Assembly: GCA_011109175.1 (NCBI GenBank)
Contig: RDEW01000059.1
Coordinates: 202,012-266,011 of the forward strand
Direction of reading: 5' to 3'
Origin: Dicyema japonicum
Taxonomy: Eukaryota > Animalia > Dicyemida
Length of the DNA stretch: 64,000 bases
Shown: in pieces, positions 34,186 to 47,400 of the stretch
Position numbering within the stretch: position 1 is the stretch's first letter
How the letters are laid out: each line of letters begins with the position of its first letter
The notes under the pieces: generated by a model
Told to the model about the DNA's origin: nothing
Database searches by the model: none
Seen by the model: only the letters and a program-made list of their open reading frames with translations
Position numbers and translations under genes: made by a program

Positions 34186-36680
34186 TTAATATTTAATAAT
34201 CAACAATTTTCCTTTCCTGTTCGCCAGCCTCCTCAGGCAGATTCGATTCTGGTTGCTGAAACAACTCCGAGAGAGCCATGTCCAATTGAACCCTCTGCCC
34301 ATATGGCATCTCGGGCTCTGAGTCCTATACTCCAGTGTTAGGCTCTCTAGGGTCCGCTTTAATACAGTGGACTGTAGATAGGCCTGGAGCTTTCTATGTA
34401 CCCCCAACTGCTTCAGATAACCCTTGTGGTACTTTGTTGCAATTCCTTCCCACGTCATTACTATTGGAATAACGAGGACCTTGCAACCAAGCATCTACCC
34501 CATCTTGTTTGCAAGAAAATCATACTTCCTTTTTTTCTCCACCTCCACAGTCTGCAAACGGTATTGAGACGTGATGCCAACCTCTATGATAAGGACTTGG
34601 CCAGACTCCTTATCGTGTACCACAATGTCCGGTTTATTGTGCTTGACTAGCACAGAGGTACGGATAACACTGTCTACCTTAATTTGGACCCTCGTGTTCT
34701 CCACTACAGATTGCACCTTATGAGTCCGCAACTTTCTGGTGTGGCGAATACCATACTTATTGCATAGTAGAAGATGAAGACTTCTTACTACCTCGTTATG
34801 CCTCCACACATAGTCGTGGCAAAGCATAGATCCACATCGTGTGGCTAAATGATCAACCGACATGCTCCTTGACTTACAGTGGGGACATGTATTTGTTGAT
34901 CGACCCCAAAAAATATTGCGGTCTTGCATATACGTGTACAACGCCTCCGATCGAGGTGAGTTGTCACCGTATTTTAGCCATATTGTCGACGACTTAAGGT
35001 CGACATGTGGGTTGTCCAATGCTCTGAAGAGGACCTTATGAAGGCTTTTTAAGTTGATCTTTTCCATCAAATTATTATATTGTAATTCGATCAACGCCTT
35101 CACATTTACTAGCCCACCATCATCAACACCATACTTAGCAGACAAAAAAGGTCTGATAGTGCCTAGGTGGGTTGCCCGTGTTTTCTCGGTCGTTATTATG
35201 GCGTGCTTCCTAGCAGACACACTTGACCCAGCTATCAGGGTGTCGTGCATTCGCATTAGGATACGCTCACTTAGTTGGACTACTCCACACAGTCCACGGC
35301 CGAATTTATCACGGGGTAAATATAGTCTCTCCTTATTGGCTGCCAACACATGGACATGGTTCTCTCTAAGTACTCCACTGATCATAACATCCATCTCATC
35401 ATACTCTTTGGGCTCAAACTCCACAACACCTATGTAGTAGTTTAGCAGCGAGACAGCATACTCATTTAATGCTAGGAACAAATTCCTCGCATTTAGAGAC
35501 GTCTTATATAATAACGCTGCTCTTTTACGGATGCCTTCAGTAATTTGTCGCTTTGTCTTAGGCATTATAAGGGACTTTGGAGTTTCGGTAACACTCAGAT
35601 GCTTATATCCTTCGTGTTCCTCTAGGACTCTTACTAACTCGCTACATACTTGTGTGTTAATCACAGATTTTGAATAATTCAAATCTAGTCTTATACTCTC
35701 AAAGAATTCCCTGGCACAGACCCCCATGGAGTAGAGTTCCTCGGCTGTTCGTCTTCGATAAAAAGAAGATGATTTGTACTAAAACGAACCCCCTCACAAT
35801 GAATTGGTATTTCCTCAAATCGGTCATTGAGGCGGTGACTCAATGGCTCCAAACAGAGAGCAAAGAGCAGCGGAGACATGCTATCCCCTGAAGGACCCCC
35901 ATCTTGAGTTTTACCCTTCCTATCGGATGCCTATTATAGTTCAGATGAATACTCCACCTATTTCATCTGATGAAGCACTCTGGCATACACAGACTGTGTA
36001 GGCACTCGACAAGGTAAGAATGATCAACTGAATCGTAAGCCTTCTTCACATCCACCCACATAGACAAAAGTGAGTTTCCGTGAGACACAGAAAGGAGCTT
36101 GTTGATCAAAGCCGTCTTTTGTCCCCAAACAAATTCGCACAGCACCCAACTGATTCTCCGAAAAAATCCCATTTGCTTCTACAAAGCTCCTGACCTCATT
36201 AGCCACCAATTTGGTCATCAACCTATACAGGGTTGGCATGCAGGTTATCGGTCGATAATCTGCAGCAGACTGAGGGTTGTCCAGCTTTGGGATCAAATAA
36301 ATTGTCCCGGTGAAAGCCCAATCAGGAATCGTTTCCGGGTAAGTGATGCTTTTCTGTAATACACGACACGTGTAAGGAAGTGCATCTTTTGATAAAAAAT
36401 TATAAACTTTATTGACCCCGGTCGTTTTCCAATCAGGGAGATGTCTCAATATCGCCTCAAATTCCTTGCGGAAATCGAATATTTTACCAAGAAAGGAGCG
36501 GCGCTGTACGGGACATTCCACGCATTTCCTCTGCGTGGTTTAGCCTCCCATACACTACCCCATGTAGAAAGCATTTCCGCGTCCTGCTGGGAACATGCAC
36601 TATGGCCATTTTCGTGTAGGCGAGTAAAACAATCTGCGATTAAACTCAAACATATTATTTTCTCTCCTTCTCTTACACCG
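34186..36680 (-). mobile_element. Degenerate R4/Dong-like RLE retrotransposon (RT + Zn knuckle + RLE); possible 5' continuation at 36790-37150
   Basis: YRPITCMPTLYRLMT, WVDVKKAYDSVDH, QGDSMSPLLF, NHLLFIED (catalytic DD altered), CPHC...HLATRC, HNKPDIVVHD..IIEVGI; frameshifted. Confidence 0.92.
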
Positions 36681-36681
36681 A

Positions 36682-36788
36682 CGGGTGGCATAGTGGTTAG
36701 GTATCGGGCTAATGTGGCTTAGGCTACGGGTTCGAATCTCGCTGCTGTTCACCTGGTGGAAGGTTTCACGCATCTACGATGCAGAAAG
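36682..36788 (+). mobile_element. tRNA-derived SINE head (A and B boxes), 3' truncated
   Basis: GGTGGCATAGTGG (A box) and GGTTCGAATC (B box); matches 51057-51160. Confidence 0.85.
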
Positions 36789-37319
36789 CTCTAATGCTCG
36801 TGCTCTCTTTGACAGTTGTGGTTATCTGGTCCCCGCCTCTTTAGACCAGTACCCTTTTTGCCTTCAGCCATTTACTTGAGTTCACTCACAGATATAGCAG
36901 TACTGAATCTGCCACTGCAGAGCTCCGCCAAGTATGGCCAACCATTCCAGGGCATTCGGATAGCCTGTTACGTACCTGCAGGACTACCTGCCTCGCCATT
37001 CTTTTGGGTCAGTTGCCAAAACATTCTCGGATATAACGTGATCCCACCAAGTTGCACCAGATTGGAACGTATCGACAGAGATGAGAATTGTCTCTGGTTA
37101 AGTGAAGTGAACTAAAGAGCCTTCTCTCATTCCTACAGAAAAATCTAATCGTAGATGGGAACTTTGGATCAATCGGTTTTTTTTGTTTGGATATGGATCT
37201 ATTCAGATTAGTTTTTGAAATTGTTGAAATGGAATTAAGGACTTGTTGATAGTTATAGATATTAGTTTTTGATAACCATTATATACTGCTGTGTTTCTCA
37301 AAGATGAGCGATTCTCTTT

Positions 37320-37470
37320 GAGTTAGTTAAGTAACCCCAGCCTCACTAACTTGTAGGAGGCCAGCAGCTATTAAGTAGGACGCAGCAGATGTTGGTCGCT
37401 CCCTTAGATCGATCAGTCCCAGCATTGTGAAGAAACGTTGTGGCAATTCATGACATTCAAATAGGTGATT
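37320..37470 (-). mobile_element. 3' end fragment of LINE family C
   Basis: CCTCACTAACTTGTAGGAG.CCAGC.GCTATTAAGTAGGACG shared with 11389-11430; encodes IDLRERPTSAASYL. Confidence 0.7.
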
Positions 37471-38399
37471 TGTTGTCATGAGGGACAGTGTATATGATTC
37501 TCTCGGAAAGGCGATTTTTATTAGACAGAAGGGCGATTTTTAATTAATGATTTTTTAATAATGATTTAATTGCAAATAAATTTGTTTGTAATAATTTAAA
37601 TAAAAGCGTGCAATTTTTTGATGGAGCATGTTAAAAAATAAGAGATTATAAAGAAAATTATTTATCTTATTCAAAATCCAAAGGATCGACTCGAACTTGT
37701 GCTTGAATGTGGTGTGGATTGTTCCAACTAAGTGATGAAGCCATCTCGCTTATTAAAACACCTAAAGCGCAAACATCTAATCACTAGGAAAAATTTTTAG
37801 AAGCCTAAAGCGAAATAAAGTTGCAAAAATTATCGCCATTACTGGTTTTTTCATATTTTTATCTACAAAGGTAATCCTCATTCGATTTCTAAGAGAGTTC
37901 TACTTTTCTGTAGAATTGTTATAAAACATATTATGTGACGGAATCTTCCGAATTATTAAAAATATATAATTTATTAACGACACAATGAGAAAATTGACTA
38001 GATTTTTGAAGTTCTCCTTATTTCTCTCAGAAAAACAAAATTTCAACTAAAAATTAATGAATCAGTTGTATTTGATAATCAATCTGTTTAAATGGCATAT
38101 GCTAGGTAAAAATAACATTAATTGGAATATTGCAGATGGATTATAAATTTGTGGTTATCACGCTGGTTTGATACGTTAAGGGAAATACAAGAACTGATTG
38201 AATTGACAAATGACGAGTAACTCGAAATTCATGAATCAATTTCTCATTTTTGTCATCCATTATTATCAAACCACGATTCCCGAAATAATGATACTCACAA
38301 AAGCAAATAAGAAAATAACGATAATCCAAGAACATTTTATACATTGAGTTATTTTTATTAATGAACAAGACTGTTTTTTTAAAATAAATTTAATAACTA

Positions 38400-38470
38400 A
38401 CAGTTAACAACTACTGGCTGTCTCATAATTGAGAACGCATTTCCCCTTACAAATTCAAGGAAATGCTTCT
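38400..38470 (-). mobile_element. CRE-like retroelement extreme C-terminus
   Basis: SISL..VRGNAFSI; nucleotide match to 42245-42285. Confidence 0.5.
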
Positions 38471-38949
38471 TTAATACAGCAAGTAACAGGATAATATTCA
38501 ATTTAAATATTTACATCGTTTTAATGAAATAAATTATTATCCATGTACCATTTTAATTTTAGTAAATTTTATTTTAATCTAAATTTTGTAACAGCAAAAT
38601 GCTACATGTCAAAAAAGCAACAATATAAAACGTCTAATTAATATTTAATATATCTTCCCTTGGCAAGACAAATATTCAATGTACTTTTTTTATAAACTCA
38701 ATGATAATTTTTTGCATGTTTCAAATCGAATCCATTCCAAAATTTTCAACCTTTAGATTTTTGGAGCGCTCTTTCTCCTATTTAAATTTTCGTTTTAATT
38801 AGTCCTCCTAAGTTCTCTATTGGGTTACAGTTGGGGGGCCATTGCAACAATTCAACATTTTTTTCACTTATAAATTGTTTTGTAAGCTTCACAGTGTGTT
38901 TAGGATCGTTATCCTGCTGGAACACAAATTCCACAACTTTTTTTTATTT

Positions 38950-39350
38950 AACAACCTGAGACCACGGTAATCCAAACTAATTATCACGTGATCCCGATGC
39001 AGTCTAACAGCGACGTCATTTTTGCCCGGTGTTCATGAACGTACTGGAGGGCTGACTGTTTTTTCAGGGCCACAATGGAATTATTATTAACCCAGGCATA
39101 CAATGGTAAGGACAGCGCAAAAAGTCATAACTAACTAATCCAAGGGAAAAACCAAAGGAGGACATCTGCTTGTCCAGACCAAATTCATCTTCCAATACTT
39201 CATTACAGGCTTCCGCTTCGGAAGAGAGGTGGAGAAGTAGATCCGCCCTCTTCCATTTTTGTCCCACGTCCTAACGTCGGGACATCACTTGATTCTTTAG
39301 CGGAATAGTTTTCATAATGCGATCTTCATCAGAAGATTTGGTCAGGGAAA
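38950..39350 (-). mobile_element. Stacked LINE 3' ends: family B (38950-39075) and family A (39080-39350)
   Basis: Homology to 22830/61688 and to 2190-2450 respectively. Confidence 0.65.
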
Positions 39351-39384
39351 AAGGTAGGAAGATCCCTTTTAACAACTGTGTCGT

Positions 39385-39480
39385 GCCAGAACTCGTCGCT
39401 TCACGGGTGGGATCTGTTTGACAAGAATACTCCATCTTTCGGATTTGAACCCACGACCATCAGATCCGATGTCATCAGAC
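39385..39480 (-). mobile_element. Possible second tRNA-derived SINE fragment
   Basis: Reverse complement has GATCTGATGGTCGTGGGTTCAAATCC (T-arm/B box); no complete cloverleaf. Confidence 0.35.
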
Positions 39481-39559
39481 GTGGAATTAAGTAATTTTTA
39501 AAATGTTATTTAATTTAAAAATTATTTAAAAATAAATATTTTTTATACTACGTGTCGTC

Positions 39560-40384
39560 ATGTCGGACATAAATCATGGTTCTCTTCAATTCCTTAATAA
39601 CCCGATACTGGTTATCCTTACAGTAGCATTTCTTTACTGGGAATCTCGGCATTATAAGCTTCTTGACACTTGCTACATCCCAGAAAAAATAATAACAATT
39701 TTGAGGTACTTCAAATCCTCTATTAGATATGGCGACCCTCACTTCGTTTTCACGTTTTATTTGACCAAACAGACTGGATTTCATTTTAATAACATGTACT
39801 TTATGTACTCTATTCCAAACAGCTGGAAGAAAGTAGAGGTTTTTAACATGTTTAGCACGTTTTCTGAGAAAAGGGAGATTTTCTGTTCATGATGATTTTC
39901 ATGTCCATTCTGACACTTGTAATGGCCACGTTTTAGGATTTCCTGTTTGCTGTGTTAATGATGTTTAGTTTATGCCGATGTCCCTAATAATGTCTGTGAT
40001 TTATGTTTGGTGTCAATTCAACTCAGAGACGTCGTCAGCTTCTGGTTTGGATGACTTTCAAGGCGGTCTACTTCCCTGGGTTCTGCTAGGCATTAATTTT
40101 CTCCTGCAAAATTCGTAGTGGTGGTTAATTAGATAGATTCTACTATGACCTGGCGGGAATTGTGGTTGGACATTTATACTATTTTATGGCGGTCAAATAT
40201 CCTCAAATTCATGGAACACATTCACTAATCCCTACTCCTGCTTTTCTGTTGTTTGTGTACTTGACTTTAGGTATAATCTGTTTCCCCAGCGGACAAATAG
40301 AGTTTATGGGTTTTCCGAAACGACACGCCTGCTGCGAGAGTTGGTGGTGTTTCATGGGGAAGGGGATATTCGTTGAATGATTAA
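39560..40384 (+). CDS. DERL1: Derlin-1 (ERAD); reading frame broken by many homopolymer 1-nt deletions
   Basis: Reconstructs to MSDINQWFSSIPLITRYWF..., LIMSVIYVWCQFN..VVSFWFG.TFKAVYFPWVLLGIN, GIVVGHLYYF..KYP, IPTPAFL, WGRGYSLND*. Confidence 0.88.
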
Positions 40385-41039
40385 ATTAGTGGTGTTATTG
40401 TGGTTTCACTTATTTAATATTTATTGCAACTTTGTTTGGTGTTGAGTGCGACTTTAAAGAATTTCATTCCTATTTGTCTTGGATAAAGAGGTTTTATCAG
40501 GCTCTCACGTGGAAACTCTCAGCTGAGTAAGGAATAAAGGGATTTTTGGATATTGGTTCTCGCATAAGTTAGGTGGATAGATGACGCTTTTTAAATAAAG
40601 ATGGAAGAAACAGAAAGGAAAACTTTTGATAATCGCCACAATTCTAGAGAAATTTGAAAAAACGAGTAATTTACGTAGTTACTTAATGACAAATCCTCAT
40701 AGCCAATTCCTCTATGGTTGGATGGAAAACGTGCAAGGTTGGCTTATTACCAGTTTTTACTTTAATAAAGTGTTTATGTCTCGATTCGTATGAAACCTAG
40801 CTAGTCTCATTCGATTAGTTCTTGACTTTATAAAACACAGTGCAAACGAAGAGAATAACCATACGGTCTATGATCAACAATTTATTCTTTCCTCAGCTAC
40901 TGGGAATGTTACCACAAAATCTAATTCTAGATATTTCATAATTATGCATAAATAGTGACTGGAACAAGATTTTTGAAGATGCAAAACAATAAACCTGCTT
41001 GTTTGAATTGTTTATTAGACGGAAAATTCAATAAAAAGC

Positions 41040-41700
41040 TGTTGATAGAAATTTCTCAAGGATATTTTGTTATAACAGTCTAATAATATATGGTTGTGGT
41101 CTGAAGGAAAGTAATATACCACCGACCAGGACGTCTAGAGAGTAATGTTGGGTGAAGAAATGAAGATATCGGAGGTTGGTGTTAGATTCGCATATGTGTT
41201 GGAGAGGGTAATTTAGGACGATGCGCCATTCAATTTCGCACAAGTCATACTCCCCTAGTTGATACAGTTAGCCATCTATAGACCATGAAGGATTCCTGTC
41301 ATTAAATCCCCATATGTTCTTCAGGGTCAAGATCCAAGAGAGGTCAGGTTTGTCTCCTTAGGAACAACTGGGAGGAGTGGGAATATATAAATTGGTGATA
41401 ATTTACGCCACGTTGTTAATTGTTATCAGCATCGAACTGACCTCCAAATAAGAATCAGATAGAAATCTAGAGCGTGTTGATACGGTTGTGTTAGTAAAAA
41501 AGTAACTCTCACGAATGCGTATAATAACTACTCCCCGTCTGAAATGGATGATATCCTAAGAATCGAGGAGTATGACATGATGGCGACAATCGATTTTCCT
41601 TTATTAATGCAATGTCCACGTCGTAAGAAGATAAAAATTCAATTAGCTCGTCTCGTTTTCGAGATCCCGTTTATTTTAGTTGCAGAATTGTTAGGTATTC
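41040..41700 (-). mobile_element. LINE APE endonuclease remnant
   Basis: ILQL...KRDELIEF..YDVDIALI, TNLYIP, GDFN..NPSW, PSDH. Confidence 0.7.
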
Positions 41701-42229
41701 CGATGAAGTCAGGTTAGGTTTACAATCACCGGAGAGAACAAGAGACTCTTGGGAGGGTTTGAGCCTCTCCTTGAGAACAGACAGAAGGATCCCGTTGTTA
41801 AGAAGATCCGAAAAATATTGCTTACATATTTCCAAAATGATAAAGTTTAAATCAAAATAATAAATAACAAGTTAATTAAATATATATAATTTAATTAAAA
41901 AATAATAAAATTCAGCGCTATCTTCTATAGTTTGTTATGTATAGTCAACCGCGATCTTCATAAGTAAAATTTTCTTGAGAATAACTATTTTTAGAAAGGA
42001 ACTAGACAACAGGATGATATAACAAGAAAGAGGGTGAGTTTCATCAAGATACGAAAATGACCACAAAACCTGGCACAGATTTTATGTCTCACAATATGCA
42101 ACTATGTGATTTGAAGTTCACTGAAAGGCCTCATTCAACGCCAGTAAAGGAGAAATCTAACTCGAACTACCAATTACTGATATAAATTCTGACGTTAATT
42201 TCTTTTACTCTGTCACTTTGCTGACAGAT

Positions 42230-42620
42230 CGTATAAATTCCTAATGAGAACGCATTTCCCCTGACGATTTGCAAGGAAATGCCCTCAATGAGCCAGCTCT
42301 TTTCTCTCCTATCATTTTTTTTCTTCGCGATGAACGATCCAATTCTTTTTGGCCTATTCTTATGATTCCTCACATTTCCACTGCGCTGGTTAAAAAATGA
42401 ACTGTACTCCAAGACATGCATATTTCTTTAACTTTATGGTCTCAGTCTTCTCCGAAGCAGATCCTGGGATAGTTGCAAGGTTGGAGGGAGAAAGACCATC
42501 AACTCAAGTGCATCCCAGGCAAGGCAGTTGCCACTTTCCCATGGGAGGAGAGTGGTTCCTTCCGTCTTCGGTTGGTTTGAGCACGTCCAAGCTGCTCCAG
42601 TTGGACAGGAAATGTATATT
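42230..42620 (-). mobile_element. CRE-like retroelement RLE domain remnant
   Basis: GTTLLPWESGNCLAWDA, PGSASEKTE..KKY, WLIEGISLQIVRGNAFS. Confidence 0.75.
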
Positions 42621-43299
42621 TTACATTCTTAGTAGTTCATTTATAATTTCATTGCGCAACCTTTGGAATTGTATGTCGTATACATTCTTATTTTAAACAA
42701 AATATTAATTTTATTATTATATTTCAGAAGGCTTGCTTATTTTATAATAATTTTTTTATATGATAGTATGAAGCTATATTAAAGCAGACATTTAAGACAC
42801 ACATCTTCCACATTCACGAATTATACTAATGATGTTTTTTATTATATTATTTTTAGAAAACCACGTGCCTTGTTCGATCGAAAGTAAAAAAATCGTATTT
42901 AAATCTCTACTTTTAGAGAACTCATACCAGACTTATAATCGACCAACACAAATGATGAAAGCAAAAAAGCACATAAAAAACAGCTAATGGTTTCTGACAA
43001 GCACAATATTCTTCAAACGAAATTGGGTTTTTTTAAAATTACTTTCAGGCGAGTCATTGGAAGAGGATTCGTCACGGATTTTTATAAAATGGATGATTTA
43101 CATAAAAAGATTGATCTTACTGAATTCTATAAAAATCAAACAGTGTGAGGATTCGTGAAATCTCTAAAAAATGAACAATCTGGTTCAATTTTTTACTATC
43201 AAATGCGACTTATGATTTTAGAAAAGCAAATGAGGTTGAAAAAAACATACGATTCTTACTGTAAGACTGACGAACCTGAAAAGTCCTTCGAATTTAAAG

Positions 43300-44350
43300 G
43301 AAGATCTCAAAGACTTGTTTTCATTATAAAATTTGAAAAATCCCAAGATTTTGATGAAAATAGTAGGAGTTTCACAAACCCTACATGTTAGATGAAGTGT
43401 CGAAGAAATCAGAGACAGTTCACAACTATGAGAAAAAACATAGGAAATTGACAAATCTGACGTTCTTACGAGAATACCAAGGAAATTCCGGAATCTTTGA
43501 ATTTTAATAAAACCCGCAACATCGAAAAAACCCATCAAAATAAATTTGAAAAAACTCATTACCGCAGAGCAGACTTATCACACATGGTTCGAGGGTAGTA
43601 GTATTCTAGATTCGTCAATCTTTCTTAAGAGAAATGGAGTAGTCTGTTATAGAGTAAAATATTTGAGGGTAATGTGTAATTATTATAGCAGAAATCGTGT
43701 CAGGAAGGTTGACCGTCGCTACTTATGACCAATTCGAAAAAAAGCTAAATTAACTGCAAAAGGTATTTTTTATTGTTAATTCATCAGAATTTGTAAAACA
43801 GCGAAAATAAAGGATTCTGTATACTGAAAGGGAGGTCAAAACAGAAAGTGCTGTATTCTGGAAGGAGCTGGCTAGAAAGAGTGACTTTGTTTACCCCAAA
43901 TATTTGGTGAGTATCCTAAACTTGAAAATATTGAAAAAAAGCTTGTCGCGAGTAAAGTAAAATCCAAGTTGGTCTTGTGATTACTTTAGAATTAATTTAT
44001 CGCTCTATTTGTCTGTTTTTTTAATTAAAAAATATTCTGAAAATTTGGAAGATGAATGTAATCTTGTAAATTCACTTTAGGGCTTTATTGAAAAAGTGAA
44101 CTTGATAAGCGTTGAGATGTTGTATCTTACGTCTGGATGTGTATCGATGTTTTTTATGCTTAAAAAATGCTCACGATTTTTTCTGGCTATTTTTTTAAAT
44201 CAGAAAGGAAAGTGGAATTATCTGTATATGAACGAACTTATTTCGAAAAAATGAAGGTTAGTGATTTTGCTTAATTCAGTTCCAAAACAGATTGCTGAAT
44301 ATGAGATAAAGACTGGAAGAGATATATAGTTTAGATTTGTATTACTACTA
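43300..44350 (+). mobile_element. Possible highly degenerate hAT transposase
   Basis: LITAEQTYHT...LDSS...CYRVK weakly resembles a hAT N-terminal segment. Confidence 0.25.
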
Positions 44351-44396
44351 GAAATTTTTAGGAATTACAGGAATCAGTGATGGAAACTTAGAAATA

Positions 44397-45589
44397 CAGT
44401 AAACTTTCATTAATCCGAACATCAATAATCCAAAACTTCAATTATCCGGATTTTTTGATGAGTTAGCAAAATTTTACAAAGTTTCCTTACTAACAGGCTT
44501 CAATAAACCGAAACTTCATAATCCGAAAGACATTTATTAAAAATTTCGGATTAATTTATTTTGTTTTTATCATACATTCAAATGAATTTAAATTTAAAAT
44601 CTAACAGTACCAAATTGTTAGAAAAAAGTAATATTTGTGAAATAAAAATACATCAAAATGACTCTCAGAAAATTATCCCATATCTGTGAAATAAAAATGA
44701 ACCCTTTTTGTACACTTTCAGAAATTCTAAAAAACCGTGAAAGTTGGAAAATTGTGAAACTACTATTAACAAATCAAGAGCCAAGTGGTAGCGTCATCAA
44801 CTTGATAATTCACTTGTTGAATGGAGATATCATTTATTACTCAAGATATCATCATTTCATAAGCTAAAATATTTGGTGAAGAGCTTGGAATCAATGATTT
44901 TGAAGTTAGAACACAAAATGAAATTAAGTTTTTTAAAAGATTTTGACTTAAAAAATTAAAAAAATTATTGTACTATATAAATAAAAGGGTTTTAATGACA
45001 ACATAAATTGTTAGTGATGAATTAAAATGTTACAGAAAAGTTATTTTTACTGATTGATAATACTTACGTTTTAACGAAATTTTTTAAAAATTGAAATTTT
45101 ATTCCTTCCTTAAAACACAACTTCAACCACGGATGCAAGCATAATCATGAACGTTAAGCATTATTATAGAAAAAGGCTTATTTTGGATTATATACCCTTG
45201 ATTTGGAAAAAAATTTTTGTGAATTTACGGAAAGCCTTCATTATGGTTTCTCACACACGAAGTAAAAGTCCATAAAATTGTTTTAAAATACTTAGGCAAT
45301 TAAATGTCTTGATTAATTTGCTAATGAAGATATAATGCAAGATCCTGTTTTGAATGGGTATCGAAAAACTGAATCAGAAATAACTCAAACAGAAGTGCTC
45401 GACGAGAACGAAATTGTCATTCTTTGTAAGATTATAATGTCGACGAGGAAATTATTAATGCTAAAGTGGAGAGATTATTATTATATATTAAAACATAAAT
45501 ATTAACTACAATGAAATTAATATATTTATTCCCTTCACAATCCGAAAGGCATCCAAATTTTTTTAGTTCGGATTAATAAGGGTTTACTG
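44397..45589 (+). mobile_element. Internally deleted pogo/Tigger element with 24-bp TIRs and TA target duplication
   Basis: TA|CAGTAAACTTTCATTAATCCGAAC ... GTTCGGATTAATAAGGGTTTACTG|TA (3 mismatches); internal CENP-B-like AKIFGEELGINDF and DASIIMNVKHYYRK remnants. Confidence 0.85.
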
Positions 45590-46089
45590 TATTTATGAAC
45601 ATGATTGTGAAGTGAAAGATCTGGCAAAATAGGTTGAGGGCAAAAATAAGGTGATTGCTGAAAATACTGAATTATGCGATCTTCATAATAACTAAAAAAT
45701 TCTAAAGAATATACAATTTTTCACTGAGTTTGCTGATTTTTATTGCAATTTAGTCTTACAAATTCTGCAATTTTTGATATTAAAGATAATTCCTACAGAA
45801 TTCTGCTTTATGAGTCTCGGTTGGCATTTCGTGTTGAGCTGAACGCCTTAATTCACAACGAAATCAATAATATTGAATTTAACCTCAGAGATTTGTCGAT
45901 CTAGACACATTTACTTTTATAATTATACTTTTTCATGTTCTTGTTTTTTTGCACAAGGTTCATAAAAATAAAATAATTAAATTAAATAATAAAACATTGC
46001 ATAATAAAATATTGGTGGAAGTGTTTAATGTTTGCTTACATAAGACGTTATTATTTATTACAGATTGGCGTATTCGATTATTAATGTCT

Positions 46090-46150
46090 CTGAGAACTTT
46101 TATTTCTTTCTCTTTGACCCAGTGATCCTGGGGGTAATAATAATTATTAA
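46090..46150 (+). mobile_element. About 60-bp LINE 3' end with (TAA)n tail
   Basis: Near-identical reverse complement of 59129-59185. Confidence 0.75.
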
Positions 46151-46399
46151 TGTCATTCTCTTATAATAATGACTTGACAATTATCTCATTTTAAGGCTTT
46201 GGTGGAACATTAAATGCCCTCTGGGCGCTACTAATACAGAATTGGCGAACCACAACGCCACGCTAAAATCAAACACATTTTTGGGTAATGTCAAAATGGT
46301 CAAAATTTAATTTTTTTAGGTCAATAAGAACAAATTTTTATTGATTTTCATTTTTTAATTATTAATTTTTTAAGTTTTGAATAAAATACTAACGTGTCA

Positions 46400-47400
46400 T
46401 CAACTGTTATGCTGCATTCAAATCAAGAAAGTCAATGAAGAGACTGATATTAGAAAATATCCTGGTGAATTTTCTATCAACTCACGAATTTTCTAACAAC
46501 AGTTTTTTAATCTTTTGTCTAATAAACATCTCAAAGTAACAGGTCTATCATTTTTATTACAATTTCGGAGGTGATACAGTGAAATATATGATTTTCTCAT
46601 TCCACTCACCGACTCTAGTCTCAATGAGGTCACTAGTGCTTAGTCGAATATGATTTTCCTTGCATAAGTCGAGCATTTAAGTTTAAAAAACTTGTTTGAG
46701 GTTATTGGATGTCGACTTCCTTCAATGCAAATTTATGCTTAGGGTAACTTGACCGAAGCTATTTTTTAGTTTTTTAAATGCATTTATTATAGAATTGGGA
46801 AAAATTGGTTTGATCTACGAAATCGATATGCATATGTGAATACACAAATAAATTTCTTCCATAAAATCAGAAAATTTTCTTGAAATTGGCTATCTAGCCA
46901 AGATAATTCTGTTCAGAAGGGAAATTGTCTTGAAATTTTTGTAAAAATGTTTTTGAAGTAAAAAATAAGTATAATTTTGATGGAAATGGAATTTTAATAG
47001 AAAGATGTTTGGAAAACTGTTATAATGAACTATGGAGCAATTTATCTGCTAAATTATATGAATATTGGTTAATAAATTGATAAAGATGACAGGGAAAACT
47101 TACTTTGCAGTATAAGATGTAGCATATTCAAAAATTGTATTTTAGTAACGATTTATACGGAATTAAGAAGTATCTGGAATCTAAATTTTCTGTTAATAAG
47201 TTTATTAAATTAAAAATGGAAAAACAACATATTTCTCCATGTATATACGGCTATTTGCAAAATATCCTTCCACGTCATTATTTATCCATAAATTTTTTTT
47301 ATTATTGCCAAAATTATTATCTAAAGGCCGAGATGTTTAACATGAAAACGTTTTTTTTACATTATTTTATATTTTAGTAAAGTTTTTTTAATATTTAAAA
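46400..47400 (+). mobile_element. hAT (DUF659-type) transposase remnant
   Basis: NFDGNGILIERC; nucleotide match to 6020-6070. Confidence 0.45.

Noticed and set aside
36682-36750. Functional tRNA genes at 36682, 51056 and 39400
   Set aside because: A/B boxes are present but the acceptor and anticodon stems do not pair, and the heads continue into a shared repeat body, so these are SINEs.
37660-38370. Possible small gene on the minus strand (ORF 38141-38368)
   Set aside because: No consistent exon chain or family motif could be built.
39560-39900. Dense frameshifts in the essential gene Derlin-1 (also PDI near 2890, RABGEF1 near 19705, DRAM and the mucin) as insertional RNA editing or programmed frameshifting
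   Set aside because: Nearly every lesion is a 1-nt shortening of a homopolymer and they cluster locally, while KCNH, G-alpha, the ApoL-like ORF and the RLE ORF are clean. This is typical of unpolished long reads. Only an RNA-versus-accurate-DNA mismatch would revive the idea.
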